Notes under the pieces: generated by a model
The model's input: the letters and a program-made list of their open reading frames with translations, nothing else
Database searches by the model: none
Told to the model about the DNA's origin: nothing
Assembly: GCF_003918875.1 (NCBI RefSeq)
Contig: NW_025766836.1
Location: forward strand, 682,001-746,000
Reading direction: 5' to 3'
DNA: 64,000 nucleotides
DNA from: Haliotis rubra
Lineage: Eukaryota
Program-made: the position numbers and the translations under genes
Shown here: piece by piece, positions 35,902-49,384 of the stretch
Layout of the letters: every line of letters starts with the position of its first letter
Numbering within the stretch: position 1 is the stretch's first letter

Positions 35902-36090
35902 CTAGTGATTAGTATCAGTTTGTTAGTTGACCTTATCCTGCCCAAAATAACTCTTACATAGTTATTGTGGAGGAAGGGTATAGGAAAACAAACATAGTTT
36001 CTAGTTTCTGTTATGAAATATTTGTCCTAAAGGATTGAGTTTCTCTTTTGTGATGACATATATTCATCCACAAGGGACAGTCAATCTGTA

Positions 36091-37050
36091 TTTTTAGGGC
36101 TCCTTGTCTCTAGGCAGGAGACCTATTTTAATCATTCGGATTATTATTATTATTTATTATTCCGCCAATTTTTGTAACAAACATACCTCCTAAACTAATG
36201 CTCTGAATCACTTACAAAAAATCACACAGATGCCCACCGAGGTGAAGATATTCCGTATGTACGGATATAAAATGTGCAAGATACGGTAGGAAATAATTTA
36301 GAAAACGTAGCAGATACGCACTACAGCAATGGTGTATGGTCTTAGAATCATATTTATCTGAAAAAAGTATTGTTTTTTAGTTTATTGACCTGTTTACACA
36401 AGAGTATCAATGTTGTGGTGCATATATAAAACGAAACACAAGATTAGTGATACTCCATTAAATTCCATTAAGTACTCTAAATGCACTCTAAGATTTTCCA
36501 GTACTCCTGCATTGAAACATTAAGGAGTACGTACTCCTGATGTTGAAAATTTATCTGGAGCCCTGGGAGATAATTCAAAATTAATTCCAAAATTTCAAAG
36601 TTTGACAGCAAATAACTACAAGAACTTATTGTTCCAACACTTCCAAATCTCTTGTACAGATGCACAATCGGAATTCCCAACAATCTTGCCTGGACAGGTC
36701 AAGTCGCTAAAATGTACCATTTGGCAGTTATTTTTGTTTTCAGTTTTTGGCCATGTTTTTCAGCAGTTTTCTGAGTAGTTTGCTCCTAAAATGTGCTGAG
36801 CTCGAACCATCAGCTCTAGACATTCCAAACTTTCCATAACTGATGTCCAGTAACCATAGTGAGAACAACTGAGATACAGCCTTTTAAAGAGGGAACTATT
36901 TCTTCTCCAGAATTTCTTAAAAAGGTACATGATCCCCGCTCGCCTCTCAAAAACGTGTTCTGGCTCCGTCTTGGACGATGACTTCCAGCCCTCAAATACA
37001 ATAGATAGAACTAAGGCCAAGAAGCCCTCATCGTTTCTTGGAACTATATT
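36091..37050 (+). mobile_element. Helentron/DINE-like non-autonomous element
   Basis: tttagggctcc subTIR, (att)n microsatellite, 3' agccctcatcg...ctatatt end. Confidence 0.55.
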
Positions 37051-37196
37051 CTTGTATTGAATTGGTTATAAAAACATTGGAATGTAGCTTGTAATGTCAC
37101 CCTACATAAACACCTCACTGAAATCAAAGTGTTGTTCAGGTTATATCAGTATGTTTCTGTGGCAAACATTGGCTGACATCCTTTTGTACTTCTCTA

Positions 37197-37360
37197 GGGG
37201 CTGTGGGGTAGCCTAGTGGTTAAAGCGTTCGCTCGTCTTGCAGAAGACCCGGGTTCGATTCCCAAGATGGGTACAATGTGTGAAGCCCATTTCTGGTGTC
37301 CCCGTCGTGATATTGCTGGAATATTGCTAAAAGCGGCGTAAAACCCAACTCACTCACTCA
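37197..37360 (+). mobile_element. SINE family A copy in GATC intron 3
   Basis: A/B boxes, cttttgta TSD. Confidence 0.9.
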
Positions 37361-37522
37361 CTTTTGTATTTCTTTCAACAATGAAGTATTTTGCTTACCG
37401 TTTGTTTACCAATCACCAATGAGAAATATTGGAAATATGGAAAACCATGTCACATTCAGTTAATTGATATTCTTGTGGGTGCTTATCTCTTTGAAATACA
37501 AGCTATGACAATTTGGTTCCAG

Positions 37523-37626
37523 AGAATTGTATCTACGAAATGATGATGTCACAGATGGCAACTGCCGAGATGACATACTCTCCAACGCAGTTAAAACAGA
37601 AGAAGAGTACTTTGTTGCCCCACCAG
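37523..37626 (+). CDS. GATC: GATC exon 4
   Basis: [35 protein letters not shown]|GTAAG donor. Confidence 0.92.
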
Positions 37627-39439
37627 GTAAGTACGTTAAAGAGGGCAGTAATTAAAGGTCATTTACTGCAGACATGGATACCGTACCAAAGGGATTACGT
37701 AGATATGACACATTACAGAGTGCCACCAAGTGTCGTGAGATGTTGAAGTAAATATGTTTCATATTACACAATTTCCAACACTGTTCATCAGGTTTCTTTG
37801 TAAAATGAATTGCAGCACGTTGTTCTAATTCATTTGTCGTTCCAAGAACACATTTTTGGACAATGGATATTCTTTTAAAATCAGTATTTGTAATTTCCCT
37901 TGGCAGAATTTGAAATAGATGTTTACTCAAAGGCCCAAGATGGGTTAAATTTAAGTCGGGCATGAAAAATTTGAAAAGTTTCCTGACCATTGGACGGGTA
38001 AATATTTAAACAATATCTCTAGACTTTACACTCAGGGACACCATGATGAGTTTATTTGTGAACTTGATTGTCAGCTTGTTGAAGTTGTGCATATAAAGTT
38101 GTTCTATAAAGCTCATCAAACATATATTTTCTGCTGTTGTAATTAAGTAAGAATACTTTCAGACAATGTTGATTTTACTGGTTGGTTTTCATTTAGGCTG
38201 GTAGGTCTTAAAAATTACCGACCCAATGGCCTGACATGGAATACTTGAATAATGTATGCAATATTTCCCCCTTTAAGTATTGATAGAAGTAGTTCATGAA
38301 TCTATGGAGACAGGTTTGTCAACTGCTGCTATTTGGGAAGTTTAGGAACGTCTAGTTTTTTTCTGTTTTTGTTGGCAACAAGTTTGACTTTGACTCAGTT
38401 TACTGGGAAGTGTTTTCCAGACTAATTGATATTTTTTCATGAAACATACAAAGGCATGAATAAAAATATATTCCTGTCGGTACACAAGTATATAGAAACT
38501 ACAAACAGATTCACCAGCTGATATAATATTATTGTTTCCAACCTGCTAATTATAGTTCTATCTATATATAAATGATATGCTGTATAATACTTGCAAATGT
38601 ATGTGATGCACATTTTTTCACTTACCAGCACACTGTATATATCCTGTAAAACACTGTGTGTGTACATATATATCTCTCTCAGCACTGCATGTTTCCCCAA
38701 TGTCAAACTTCCACTGTAAATTGTACATTCCTATTAACCGGTATTTAATAACATGTTCAACTGTATTTAAGAGAAGGCGACAATAAGTGGTGCATTTGTG
38801 CCTAATCCCGTTGTCTTTTGGACAATAAAATATGTTTAAACCAATCAAAGGCAAAGCTGTCATATGTTGCCTTTTACCACAAAGGGAGTTTTACAGTATT
38901 GTTTCCTTTCTTTTTTACAAAACAACAATTTTGACATTGACTCAATTCACAAGGATTGTTTTCCAGAACATACCTTAAAAGCACTGGTTTTGTTCAGCAT
39001 GCACACACGATGACCAAATTCCAACCTGGTGTTTTTAACTTTTGAAGTAATTTCAATTCATAGTTACACCCCTGTGTACTTATATATATTCATAATTATG
39101 TATGATTATTCATAACTACATGTATATTCATGTTATTGTCACAAGATCACAAAGTATTGTGCCACATCATTAACTCATATCTTTGCTAAAAGGACAAGAC
39201 ATTCAAAGTTCAGAATTCCAATTCCATGGTATTGTGATTATGATTTAACAGTTGATGTTTTGTAAGAAAGTACCCTCAAATACTTCTGTGGTTCAGATTG
39301 GTTGTCATGGTATTCCAAAGTCTTGATGGGTAGTCACTCCTTCGGTCACTAGTTTGCATGGCTTTGAAGATAAGTAAGCTGTCTTGAATGAGTGATTTAG
39401 AAGCTTAACAGAATGAATTTTTAGGTTTGAGGGTGTTAT

Positions 39440-39858
39440 TGACTATAGTTTGGCATGAAATGCATGTGGATCCGTTTTTTTGTAAATATCTCTTCATCCA
39501 ATGACCCAATCGATCTCAAACTGTGCAAGTGGATGTTTTGTCAGACAACCTAATCACATTGTAAATCACCGATTTTATGCATTTGTATTAAAGAATCTGT
39601 CTATGTAACTGTGAACAAAATAAACAGCAGAACGCAAACTGCTTGCAGAGGGAGGGAGCCAATGACCTGTAACAGCGGCAGTGTTTAGCATTACATAGAC
39701 AGATTCTTAATACAAATGCATAAAATCGGTGATTTACAATGTGATTAGGTTGTCTGACAAAACATCCACTTGCACAGTTTGAGATCGATTGTGTCATTGG
39801 ATGAAGAGATATTTACAAAAAAACGGGTCCACATGCATTTCATGACAAACTATAATCA
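39440..39858. mobile_element. Fold-back element with about 165-bp near-perfect arms in GATC intron 4
   Basis: 39440-39608 is the reverse complement of 39690-39858. Confidence 0.85.
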
Positions 39859-40226
39859 CTGGTTAGAAATTTCTTTTGGAATGGATAGTGTTGGATTTCT
39901 GGTTTCAAATGTTATTTCCATCATTTAATAACCAATTTGTCAATAACAACTGCAAGATTAGAAGATATTATGCTCAAAAGATTGAAAAATCCTATATTTT
40001 AAGTGCCAGTCTATCCCACCAGTGGGGCATTCGCTTGTCATGACGAAGACCAAGATTCGATTCCCCATTTGGGTACAATGTGTGAAGCCCATTTCTGGTA
40101 TCCTCTAACATGATATTGATGGAATATTGCTAAAAGTGGCGTAAAACCGTACTCACTCCCTCTCCCAACAGTTGAGACAGATACAATGTTTCTGTTGAAC
40201 TTGACAATAAAAACAAATACACTTAA

Positions 40227-41519
40227 AGGGGAAGTGTACACGAAAATTAACCTTTTTGTCTTCCACTTTTTCATCGTAAGAAATGTTTGTCAAGTTGTTT
40301 TATAGCCAAAACAACACAGATATCAGAAGTAACTAATATATTTTTTGCGTTATACCAATTGAAAGGTTCCACATTAACCGAATGTTCTATGTCCACAATG
40401 AACACACCATGGCTTATGTCCCTTGGAAATGATGCCATTGGTGCCCAAATGATAAACGAATGAAGTCGTTAGACCTTATTAGACCCATTTCACGTGGTGC
40501 AGGTATAGGTGTGGTTCTTGTGTCTCGATGCGCAGGCTACTGTTTTAATCCACCTGTTGCCTGGCCGTCAGCTGGCTATGTGGTTGGTTCCACACTAGCT
40601 GTTACATTGTACAAAAAGTGTTACCACTTAACCAAATTGTATAACATTCAACCTGAGTCGGTCGTCTTTCCAATCAACTTCTTTCACCAAAACTCAGCGT
40701 ACATATGCACAGCGTGCCATCGGTGAATGTGAAGGCATTCTGCTTTTGGTACATTCCTACATTTAAAGCGGATAATATATGTCCGTCCTCTTCAACCTTC
40801 ACATTGGTGCCGAAACCATATCCAAAAACATCACAAAGATACGCACGCCATTTTGAGAAAGTTGCTTCCCGATAGTGATGTCATACATACGTCAACATTG
40901 TTATACATATTTGTTGTTTTCATTGAGGTGAGGATATGAATGAAAATACACACGATCATTTCTATGTTGCTGCTTACATTGTCAGTTCTAATGCTTCTTT
41001 CGTATTTTACATCCGTGTTTTTTCGTGATTAATGTCAGAATTTACATCTTTTGGCTTTGGGACTAGACTAGTCTGTCTCACAGTCCCTGAACCACATTAT
41101 TTTCCCTACTGCCAAGCCCTCTCTGCAGTGCTAAAGCTCTAAATAAAGCAAGTCTAGATTTCCTCAGGTTCAGGAATCTCTGGTCTCCCTAGGGCTCCTT
41201 TTCAATATAAATGGGCTTGTTTGTTACTATCAAAATTATATATATTCAGAGACTAAGCCTTAGTCTAGGACTAGACAGGAGACCAGTTTAAATCAGCTGG
41301 CACCAATTACGTCATAATCAAAGGGCAGTAAATCTGGCCTGTTTAGCTCGGCAAACTCAGGCCTCATAATGGCATAACATTTCAGCACTTATAGTGCAGG
41401 TTATACACTCATTGTAAGAAATATTAGTGTATATTTTCAAACACTGATATTAAGTAATTAAAAAATTCCTTTTTGGTTCACATAAGAAAAAACATGACTT
41501 TTTCGTGTACATTTCCCCT
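40227..41519. mobile_element. Kolobok-like non-autonomous DNA transposon with a nested MITE
   Basis: ttaa|aggggaagtgtacacgaaaa ... ttttcgtgtacatttcccct|ttaa (RR..YY ends, TTAA TSD). Confidence 0.75.
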
Positions 41520-42305
41520 TTAAGAAGAGTGAAGACTGAATGACTTCCAGGATCCAGTGTCATTTCAAGTGTCTAAACCAATTAGATTACTGCACAGGTG
41601 TTAGTAATGCAAATACACTGGCATCAAAGTGGCTTTGCCAGTTAAATATAGTGCTAGTATCCCGTTAGTATTTTCCTCCTAGCTACTGTTTTTGTTACGA
41701 GGTAGGGTAGCCCAGTTGTTAAAGCATCCACTCATGCTGAATACCCGGGTTTGATTCCCGCATGGGTGCAGTGTGTGAAGCCCATTTCAATTCAATGTGG
41801 GGGGAAAGCTTAAGTGATGCAGGTTTCAGATGTATTATTCTTCAGTGAACCTACAATAGTGGGTAGGTGCTGATCAATCTACAATCATGTTTAAGAGCTA
41901 CCTGTGATCTAAATGGACAACTACTGGCTTCTGGCATGCAGCTTTTCACTGCACAGGGCTGGATTTAGTGCTTTGTTGCTTGCACTGGTGCAACCCAATA
42001 TTACAAAGTGCAACCTGGTTCAGGTGCAAGTCAATTTTTGAGTGGGTAAACTTCTGAATAAAAAATCTAAATAATTCAATAGCTTATTTCTTACATTTCA
42101 CATTGCAATGAAAGCAGTGCAGCTGGAATTTGGCTGGTGTAACTAGGTTTTTATCTTAGGTTGCACCTGGTGCAAGTAGGTTATTATCTCTTTAATCCTG
42201 CCCTGCTGCAGACAAAACTGGGACGAGTAAAGCTGACTGGCACTGAACATCCACTCTCTGGAAACCAAATGAGAAATGTTAATTAAAAGTATTTTTTACT
42301 TTCAG

Positions 42306-42358
42306 GAAATATTCCTCTGGAATCCAAGGACGAAGATTACAAGAAGTCACTTTCATGA
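42306..42358 (+). CDS. GATC: GATC exon 5 (151 aa total)
   Basis: tactttcag|GNIPLESKDEDYKKSLS*, completing YFVAPPGNIPL. AATAAA at about 42480. Confidence 0.88.
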
Positions 42359-42676
42359 CACAGAGTTGATATTCCTGTGTAAGCTTGTGTTGTGTGCTGA
42401 ATATGGACTGTGAACCATTTCTGTGGATGAGTGAGATCATATGTCAATCGTTGCTTACATGATTTGTATGACAGCAAGAAATAAAAGGATTTTTATCCCC
42501 CAAGTTCAAACAGTCTTCATTTGTATCCCATTTTCATTATGAAAACAATGTAGGAATAAAATAAACCTTATGATGTGAGGTCCTTGTTTTGTTACAAACA
42601 GCAAAAAGTAAGAGAAGTTTCTCTTCAGGATATTCAGCCAATTTGAAACCTCATCTTGTTTTGTCATGGTAAAGAT

Positions 42677-42937
42677 CTGGATTTCTCGAAACAAACTTAA
42701 GTTTTTACTCAAATTTCAACCTGAGTTTGACAATTTGAAACAACTGCATTTCTAAAATCAAAAAGCCAAAACAGCTCAAGTAACCTATCTACCAAACTAA
42801 AATTGTCTGCTATGTTTGAGTTTACTGTCAAGTTCAGTTTATTATGGGAATGCATTTTGCTGCTTTTCTCAAATTTGAGTAAAAAATCTAACTTAAGTCA
42901 AAACTCAGACTTGAGTTTGTTTCGAGAAATCGGGGCC
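42677..42937. mobile_element. Harbinger-like MITE (second copy at 59650-59928)
   Basis: gatttctcgaaacaaact ... agtttgtttcgagaaatcggggc. Confidence 0.8.
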
Positions 42938-43332
42938 AGGTCTATCACAAGATGCCTGTTGTAAGAACAGCAGCAGCAGCAGCAGGGACCAGCAACATCC
43001 TGTGTTGGATATGGCTAATTGCAGACAGGTGAGCTCAGCTAGGCAGATATTGAGACACACAGAGTTCCGGATTATTGTACATACATGGCAAGATGCACAG
43101 ACAAGTCCACATTGTTCCTGGTTTTATGGTGTTTACCATACAAACCCTAAACACTCACATTTGACTGCAAGCTAACCAGTCCCTTTATGCCAAGTTTTGC
43201 ACACAGCTACAATTTCTAAACATGGACTGCCTGTATGCTACCAGTCCTTTTAGTCCTTTGCACTGTTGACAAAGAGGTGATCGATTTGCAGACAAGTATC
43301 AAAGTTGAAGAACCACGGTGTGTATGGGGACC

Positions 43333-43749
43333 GGTGAGGTGAAATGGGGTTTAACGTCCAACTTGAGAATATTTCACTCATATGAGTGAGTGAGTTTAGT
43401 TTTACGCCGCTTTTAGCAAATTCCAGCAATATCACGGCGGGGGACACCAGAAATGGGCATCACTCTCATATGACGGCGTGCATGCGTGTATGTGCGGCTG
43501 CTTGTACTAGCCCAGACTGAAGCTGGTTTTATAGTGCTAGCTCACCGAGATACCATGCTGCAGTGAAGCATGAATACCCCACTCAGACACAGTATAACGA
43601 CCAGTCCTTGTACCCATATATGCAGAACGCCAGGCAGGGACCAACAAGTACCACATTTTGATGTCTTTTGGTATGACGCGGCCGGGGGTCGAACCCACGA
43701 GCTTCCACTCTCCGGGCGGACGCTCTAACCCCTACACCACGGAGGCGGT
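43333..43749 (-). mobile_element. SINE family B copy with a nested 5'-truncated family A copy (about 43383-43460)
   Basis: cactcatatga / ctctcatatga duplication around the nested tail. Confidence 0.85.
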
Positions 43750-45181
43750 TGTGGGAACCAGTGACCGGCTTCATCTATTCCAATAAATCTGCCTTACAAG
43801 TGGGTTATAACCAAAAATTGTCCACAAAACTCATGTCTCACTAAAAGCACTGCCCACAGATGGTAAGTGGGGATGTTGCAATTCTGTATCGGCAATGAGT
43901 AACACCAGAAAACATGGAATTAATACATAGGCAGATCCAGTGAATCATAATATGCCACCTGCTGCAACGTATGTGTTAAATGCCGTTTTGGAATAAGCTC
44001 CCAAACTTTCGAAGTAGTTAGGCTTAAGTGACTGCCATTGTACCAAACCCATGGAGATCCTGGTTAGAATTATTGTTCAGGAACCCATACTTGACGGAAG
44101 AGGCAACTAACAGGATTGGGTGGTCAGTCTGGCTGACTTGGTTGATTCATGAAATTGTATCCCAATTGTGTTGATCGATGATCATACTGTTGATCACTAC
44201 ATTGTCCGGTCCAGACTATTTACCGACCCCTGCTATACAGCTGGAATGTTGTAGACTATTGCATTAAACAACCAACAAACAATTGTACACTGAATGCAAG
44301 AGATGTTGTTCATGATACCAACTGCTGAACTGTCTTATTAGTCTACAGATAGGTGCCAAAAGGCTGGAATGCTGGCCAGGAAGACTAAACATTGCACTCT
44401 GCAATATTCCTGCCATACGACAGTCTGAAAATATTGCACAAGTCAGGGCCAGATAAACCAATACTTGACATCATATCTTATCAAAGTAATGGATCCTGTA
44501 TTTTCATGTATTGAGAAAGATAGGGTGACATTCAGTTCCAGCCTTTTATGTGATTGCATTCCAGCCATGCTGTTGGAGTGTTCTCGATGTACTTAAGTTA
44601 ATCGAGTGAAAAACAACATAAAAATATAGATTTTAAGAAATCTGCATCCTTTATTTAATACAAACAAGACAAACATAAAACATCATCAGGGTGTAATTAT
44701 CTTTAAAAATACTGTTGTGATAAGAAACTGAAGAACATTATGGTCCTGAAAAGCAACATTCAAGATGAGTGAGAGTAATGTGCCAAGTTTAGGGAAGTGG
44801 GAAAGGAAACAAGATGATCAACTGAAATGAGTCAAGAAATGGCTTTTGGATATTAGACTCAAACATTGTAAACAGGAAAACTTACCCATTGAATTATCCC
44901 ACGATTAACAAATTTCCTCTCGCGCTGGCAGTTCCTGTCTAACTTACCGTTAACTTAATCCTAATTGAATTGAGTTGTGTAACATCCCTTTAGCTTCCAG
45001 ATTCCATCCAAACGATTTTTATTGTGATCCTCCAATCTTCTGTGATTTATATCTTCATTCAATCCTGTTTCGTTCAGTTATGCATCATTGCTAAATTCAG
45101 ACATGCTCTCCCAGTGACAAATATCAGTGAAAGAGCACATATCTGATATGAACAAAGGTACATAATTAGAACTAATCTTAC

Positions 45182-46044
45182 CGCTTTCCTCCTGGCAGAT
45201 GTTCCAAGAATTATAGTTCGATATCCTCTGCGCGAATCCTGATCCTATCCTTACATTTCGGTCTCCAAACTCTGTCCTTTCCTCTAATGTTCCTATGCTC
45301 CCAGTCTCCTTCCCTCTCATTAATAATCCTCATGCTGTCTGTTCCTATCCTTCCTTAAATTTTATCCAAAATCCATCCAGTCCACGGCAAAAATATCCTA
45401 TGAAAGGATGGTAATGAAATCCAGTGAGATTTCAGAGCCTTCATCTTATCCAGATCCTCTTAAAACTATGATGAAAACAGGATATCTGTTAAAAGGATAT
45501 CGTTTAGAATCCTACGATGGACATGGGCCTCAAATTTTTACTGTGGGTTTCCGTTTTCCTCCTGAAATCCACAGTGAATTCCTCATGGGTCCCTTGAGTT
45601 ATCCACAGAGTATCCTCCTATTCTTTGATTCCAGAATACTTGAAATCAAGATTCCCAAATATGACCTAGATAATGGAAATCCTGATTTCATGTAATTTGA
45701 TACTTTCAAAATCAGATTTTCAGGCAAGATTCCAGAGGCTTAAAATCCTGTCTAAACCATGATTCAAATGTCCTGAAAGATGGATGCCAATTTTTAGTTC
45801 TATTTCCTTGACCGTGTTATTCAAAATCCGGATTATTTTCCCAAACTGAGGGAAAATCCTATGTTCCAAAGCGAATTCCTACAGATATCCAGATTTTGAT
45901 ATCCTGATATCCTAATGAGCCGTGGGGAGGATCCTAAAGAGCCATTTCTATGTATCCTGTTTCCTCTCCTAATGAAATGCTAATCCTTCCCTTTGATCCG
46001 CGGATCCTACTCTCTCCAACGTAGTCAATGCATTATGTTTCCAA
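45182..46044 (-). other. Candidate GGA-rich non-coding 3'UTR exon of SRSF1/9 (a second one at 46496-46639)
   Basis: ccttttccttttgttcag acceptor and GCG|GTAAGA donor. Strong GGA enrichment on the sense strand. Confidence 0.5.
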
Positions 46045-46851
46045 CTGAACAAAAGGAAAAGGACAACACATATTAGCACAGGAAAAAAACAGTTCATGAA
46101 ATTACTTTTCACAACACATAATCAGTTAAAAGTCTCTCTGGGCAAAGCAATTTGGCAATAGCCCCAGAGCTTGTACATTAGCTGAGTAGAAAATTATGCT
46201 GCAGCCTTAAGTCATTCCAACATAATTCAATTCAGGATAAATTTGGGTAGGCCATGATTGCTTCAAAATGTTTCACCTTACAAACTTGTGATGTGCTTCA
46301 GTGTCAATTTCAAACCAAACAATGTTTAGACCTTTTTCTCAAGAGAACTAGAACATGAGTGGACCATCACCATGCTTGAGAAATAGCTAAAAAGATATAA
46401 AATATTCATGCACAAAACACAGTTGGTGGCGGTAAAGCAGTTATAGTAGCTCAAAGTAAACCAGAGCATGGTCATTAGCAGTCATAAAAGCATACCATGC
46501 CTATTTTCTCCATGAGTCCTATCCAAAGTTCATAACTCTAGCTGCTGTCACTAGGAGAGGCTCGAGTTGTCTCCCCTAGGCCATCGTTCACATGACTACA
46601 GCATTTTTGTTTGTTAGCCTCCTAGTTCCTATTCAGCATCTGGAGAAGGAGAGATAAAAATATCAAGAATTGGACATTTAAAATGAGTTTGGCATTACAT
46701 CAAGGTTCTGATCAATTTTTGGGGGCTAATTTGGAGGGCAAAAATGCTGATGATGCTATACATACAAACATAAATTGGATGAAATGATACATCATTGTGT
46801 GGCTATGTCAACAGTTTTATCATTGTGAATGGGTTAATGAGAAGCCATAGC

Positions 46852-47022
46852 TCAGTATGGGGAGCGTGACCTCGACCGTCCACGGGAATACGAACTTGAT
46901 CTGGATCGCATTGGGGAGTAGCGGGGGCTGCCCCGGGATTGTCTTCGTGGTGAGAAGCTTGGGCTTCGACTACGAGACTTTCCACGGGAATCCTGCTTCA
47001 CACGGATGTAGCTTGCTTCACC
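46852..47022 (-). CDS. SRSF1: SRSF1/9 exon 4, RS domain (244 aa total)
   Basis: GEASYIRVKQDSRGKSRSRSPSFSPRRQSRGSPRYSPMRSRSSSYSRGRSRSRSPY*. Confidence 0.93.
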   Translation of the reverse strand, partial: GEASYIRVKQDSRGKSRSRSPSFSPRRQSRGSPRYSPMRSRSSSYSRGRSRSRSPY

Positions 47023-47324
47023 CTGCAAATCATGTGGAAAAGAGTTACTGCATGTTGTTTCACTTTATGGTCAGCAATATTCTAATGATAAAAAACAGCA
47101 ACATGATGCACAAGATAATTTGTTAGCTTGCACTGGTTTGGTAACATTCTCCGTTAGATTCAACTGGTTCATTTCAGATCAAGTTGATTGCAACATAACA
47201 GGTTGAAAGAATAAACCATATGAGCTATATTATTACTAATTTGAAGCTGCATCACATTACACTGACTGGTATGTCATGGGCAATTACAAATATTCAAATT
47301 TGTGAGATTTTCTACTGGTCTTAC

Positions 47325-47497
47325 CTCATGGGAGCGGAACTTTGAGTCATCTAGTTTTCTTACAGCATATTTCATGTCTTCCTTACGGAGAAACTCAACT
47401 ACCCCTGTGCCATCTTTGAAGACATCAGCATAGCATACATCACCAGCCTCTCTCATGTGGTCCTTCAAGTCCTGCCAGCTACCAGTAGGAGGCAAAC
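47325..47497 (-). CDS. SRSF1: SRSF1/9 exon 3
   Basis: [26 protein letters not shown] pseudo-RRM (SWQDLKD). Confidence 0.95.
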
Positions 47498-47666
47498 CTG
47501 GACAGTAAAATATTTTTGACTGAGGCACTATTTATTCAACTTATTTGTAAGAATAATCTCAACCTTCAATGATTTATTTATATGATTGATTTATTCATTA
47601 TATGACAGATTCAGAGGACAATAAAATGTTGAAAGTTTCACAAAAACTGCATGGGTGCTTTCTTAC

Positions 47667-47881
47667 CAGACACTAGAACTCTGTATTCTGATCTCCTTGA
47701 TGGAGGTCCACCTCGCCTCCTTCCTCCGCCACCATCACCACGACCTCCACCACCGCCGCCACCCCCAGGGCCAATTCCACCCCTGCTCTGTCCTGGTCCT
47801 GTGCCTCTAGGAAATTCCACCCTCAGTGTGTAGCCGTCATAGTTATACCCATCTCTTTGCTGTACAGCATCTTCTGCATCT
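47667..47881 (-). CDS. SRSF1: SRSF1/9 exon 2
   Basis: [24 protein letters not shown], Gly-rich hinge, [13 protein letters not shown]. Splice phases are consistent. Confidence 0.95.
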
Positions 47882-48723
47882 CTGGCAACAGAAGTTAGAC
47901 ATGTGATTATCCCATAGGAACAGGTTTAGTCAAAATTAAACCCTTTTGTTGGATTAGGAGACTGTCTTGGCCTGTAAAATTAATGGCCTGTAGAGGTTGG
48001 GTCAAATTAATTACAATGTAGCCAAAATTACCAGTCCTTTCGAAGTTCAGAAAGAAACTTGAGAATTCAACCGAGGGGATTGGTAGGCAGCAATTCTTTT
48101 TTTCTAGAAATGGCTATATAAATATTGTTACACGAACAACAGATGGGCTAGAACTCTGAAGCTTTATAGAAAGACAAAAGGCACTGCACTACAGCAAGTT
48201 CATGAATGCGTGTGAATATTCCCTGAAAAATAATTACCTACTCAATGAAACAAATCAAATTTTGAGTCAACGAACTTTTCTTTTTAACCACTACAGAGTA
48301 CGATAACGAAACGAATGTGCATAATTCCTACGTATACCCAGAAGTTTGTCACAGTACGATAAATTGTTCTGCAAATTATGTTCTGTTTACGTAGCAAAGT
48401 GATACACATGCAGAACAAAAGGAAACAGCTTAGACACGTCATCGTGATATATGTAATAGCTAACAAGCAGGGCACATACAACATTTCCGCCACAGAGCTC
48501 AATGAAAATATTCCAGTGTTAATAATACATACCGCATAGTTAATTGTAAGGAAAATATTTACACGAAGACCAAGGCACCACTGTGTAGAGTTTTATGAAA
48601 TTCCTTTTGAACATAGCATTGAAATCAAATGATAAACATGATAAAAGGACAAACAATAAATTGGGCCAATAAATCATACAAAGGTAAACTTTGGGAACAC
48701 TAATTTACCAGTGAAATAACTAC

Positions 48724-48899
48724 CTGGGATCGTCGAACTCGACGAACGCAAAAGGAGGACCTCGTCTGTTTTTCAGGTCGATGAAAACGATTTTACCATA
48801 TTTATAAAACAAATCTTCGATATCACGTGTTCTGATATCTGGTGGCAGGTTTCCAACGTAAATTCTGCTATCATTAGGAATACCACCCCTGTATGCCAT
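48724..48899 (-). CDS. SRSF1: Serine/arginine-rich splicing factor 1/9 (ASF/SF2), exon 1
   Basis: [24 protein letters not shown]...[12 protein letters not shown] (RRM1). Likely co-orthologue of vertebrate SRSF1 and SRSF9. Confidence 0.95.
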
Positions 48900-49384
48900 G
48901 ATCAACTATCTGTGTTTCTCCTCGACCTCTCCTGTTCTAATATGGCCGTCCACGCGTCGTTTTCGCACTGAATTGTGGGATAGTAAAGGCATTCGGGACC
49001 AACTCGAGTTATTCCGAGACAGGCCGAATAGCAAGTAGCGGAAAGTGGCGAATGGCGAAGAAAGACGTGCGTTCGTGCGCGCTGTAAACAACATTTTACT
49101 GGAAACACGTCGAGGAAATGTTCCTGGTGTACTAAGTCCACGAACTTTGGGGATGGAATATATGCGGCTCCAATTTCCACTAATCCCATCCAAAACCAAA
49201 CAACGATCACCCTAAATTAGTTTAAAAAGCAAAACAAAAACACCAATCATTTCAAATAATGTAAGCCCAATATAAGGACGATTATTGTTATTGAGACATT
49301 ATTGAGAATGAAGAAGAGATTATGAAATCTCGGGCGTCACACTTCAGTAAGGTGGTTAGAAAACAACCGAGCTATGTGGACTTG

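Noticed and set aside
40380-40860. Transposase or THAP coding remnant inside the Kolobok-like element
   Set aside because: Only vague Cys/His/Trp fragments with many stops, so it cannot be supported by eye.
45078-45695. ORFs 45078-45320(-) and 45408-45695(+)
   Set aside because: Their composition follows the GGA/TCC bias of the presumed SRSF 3'UTR, and no domain is recognisable.
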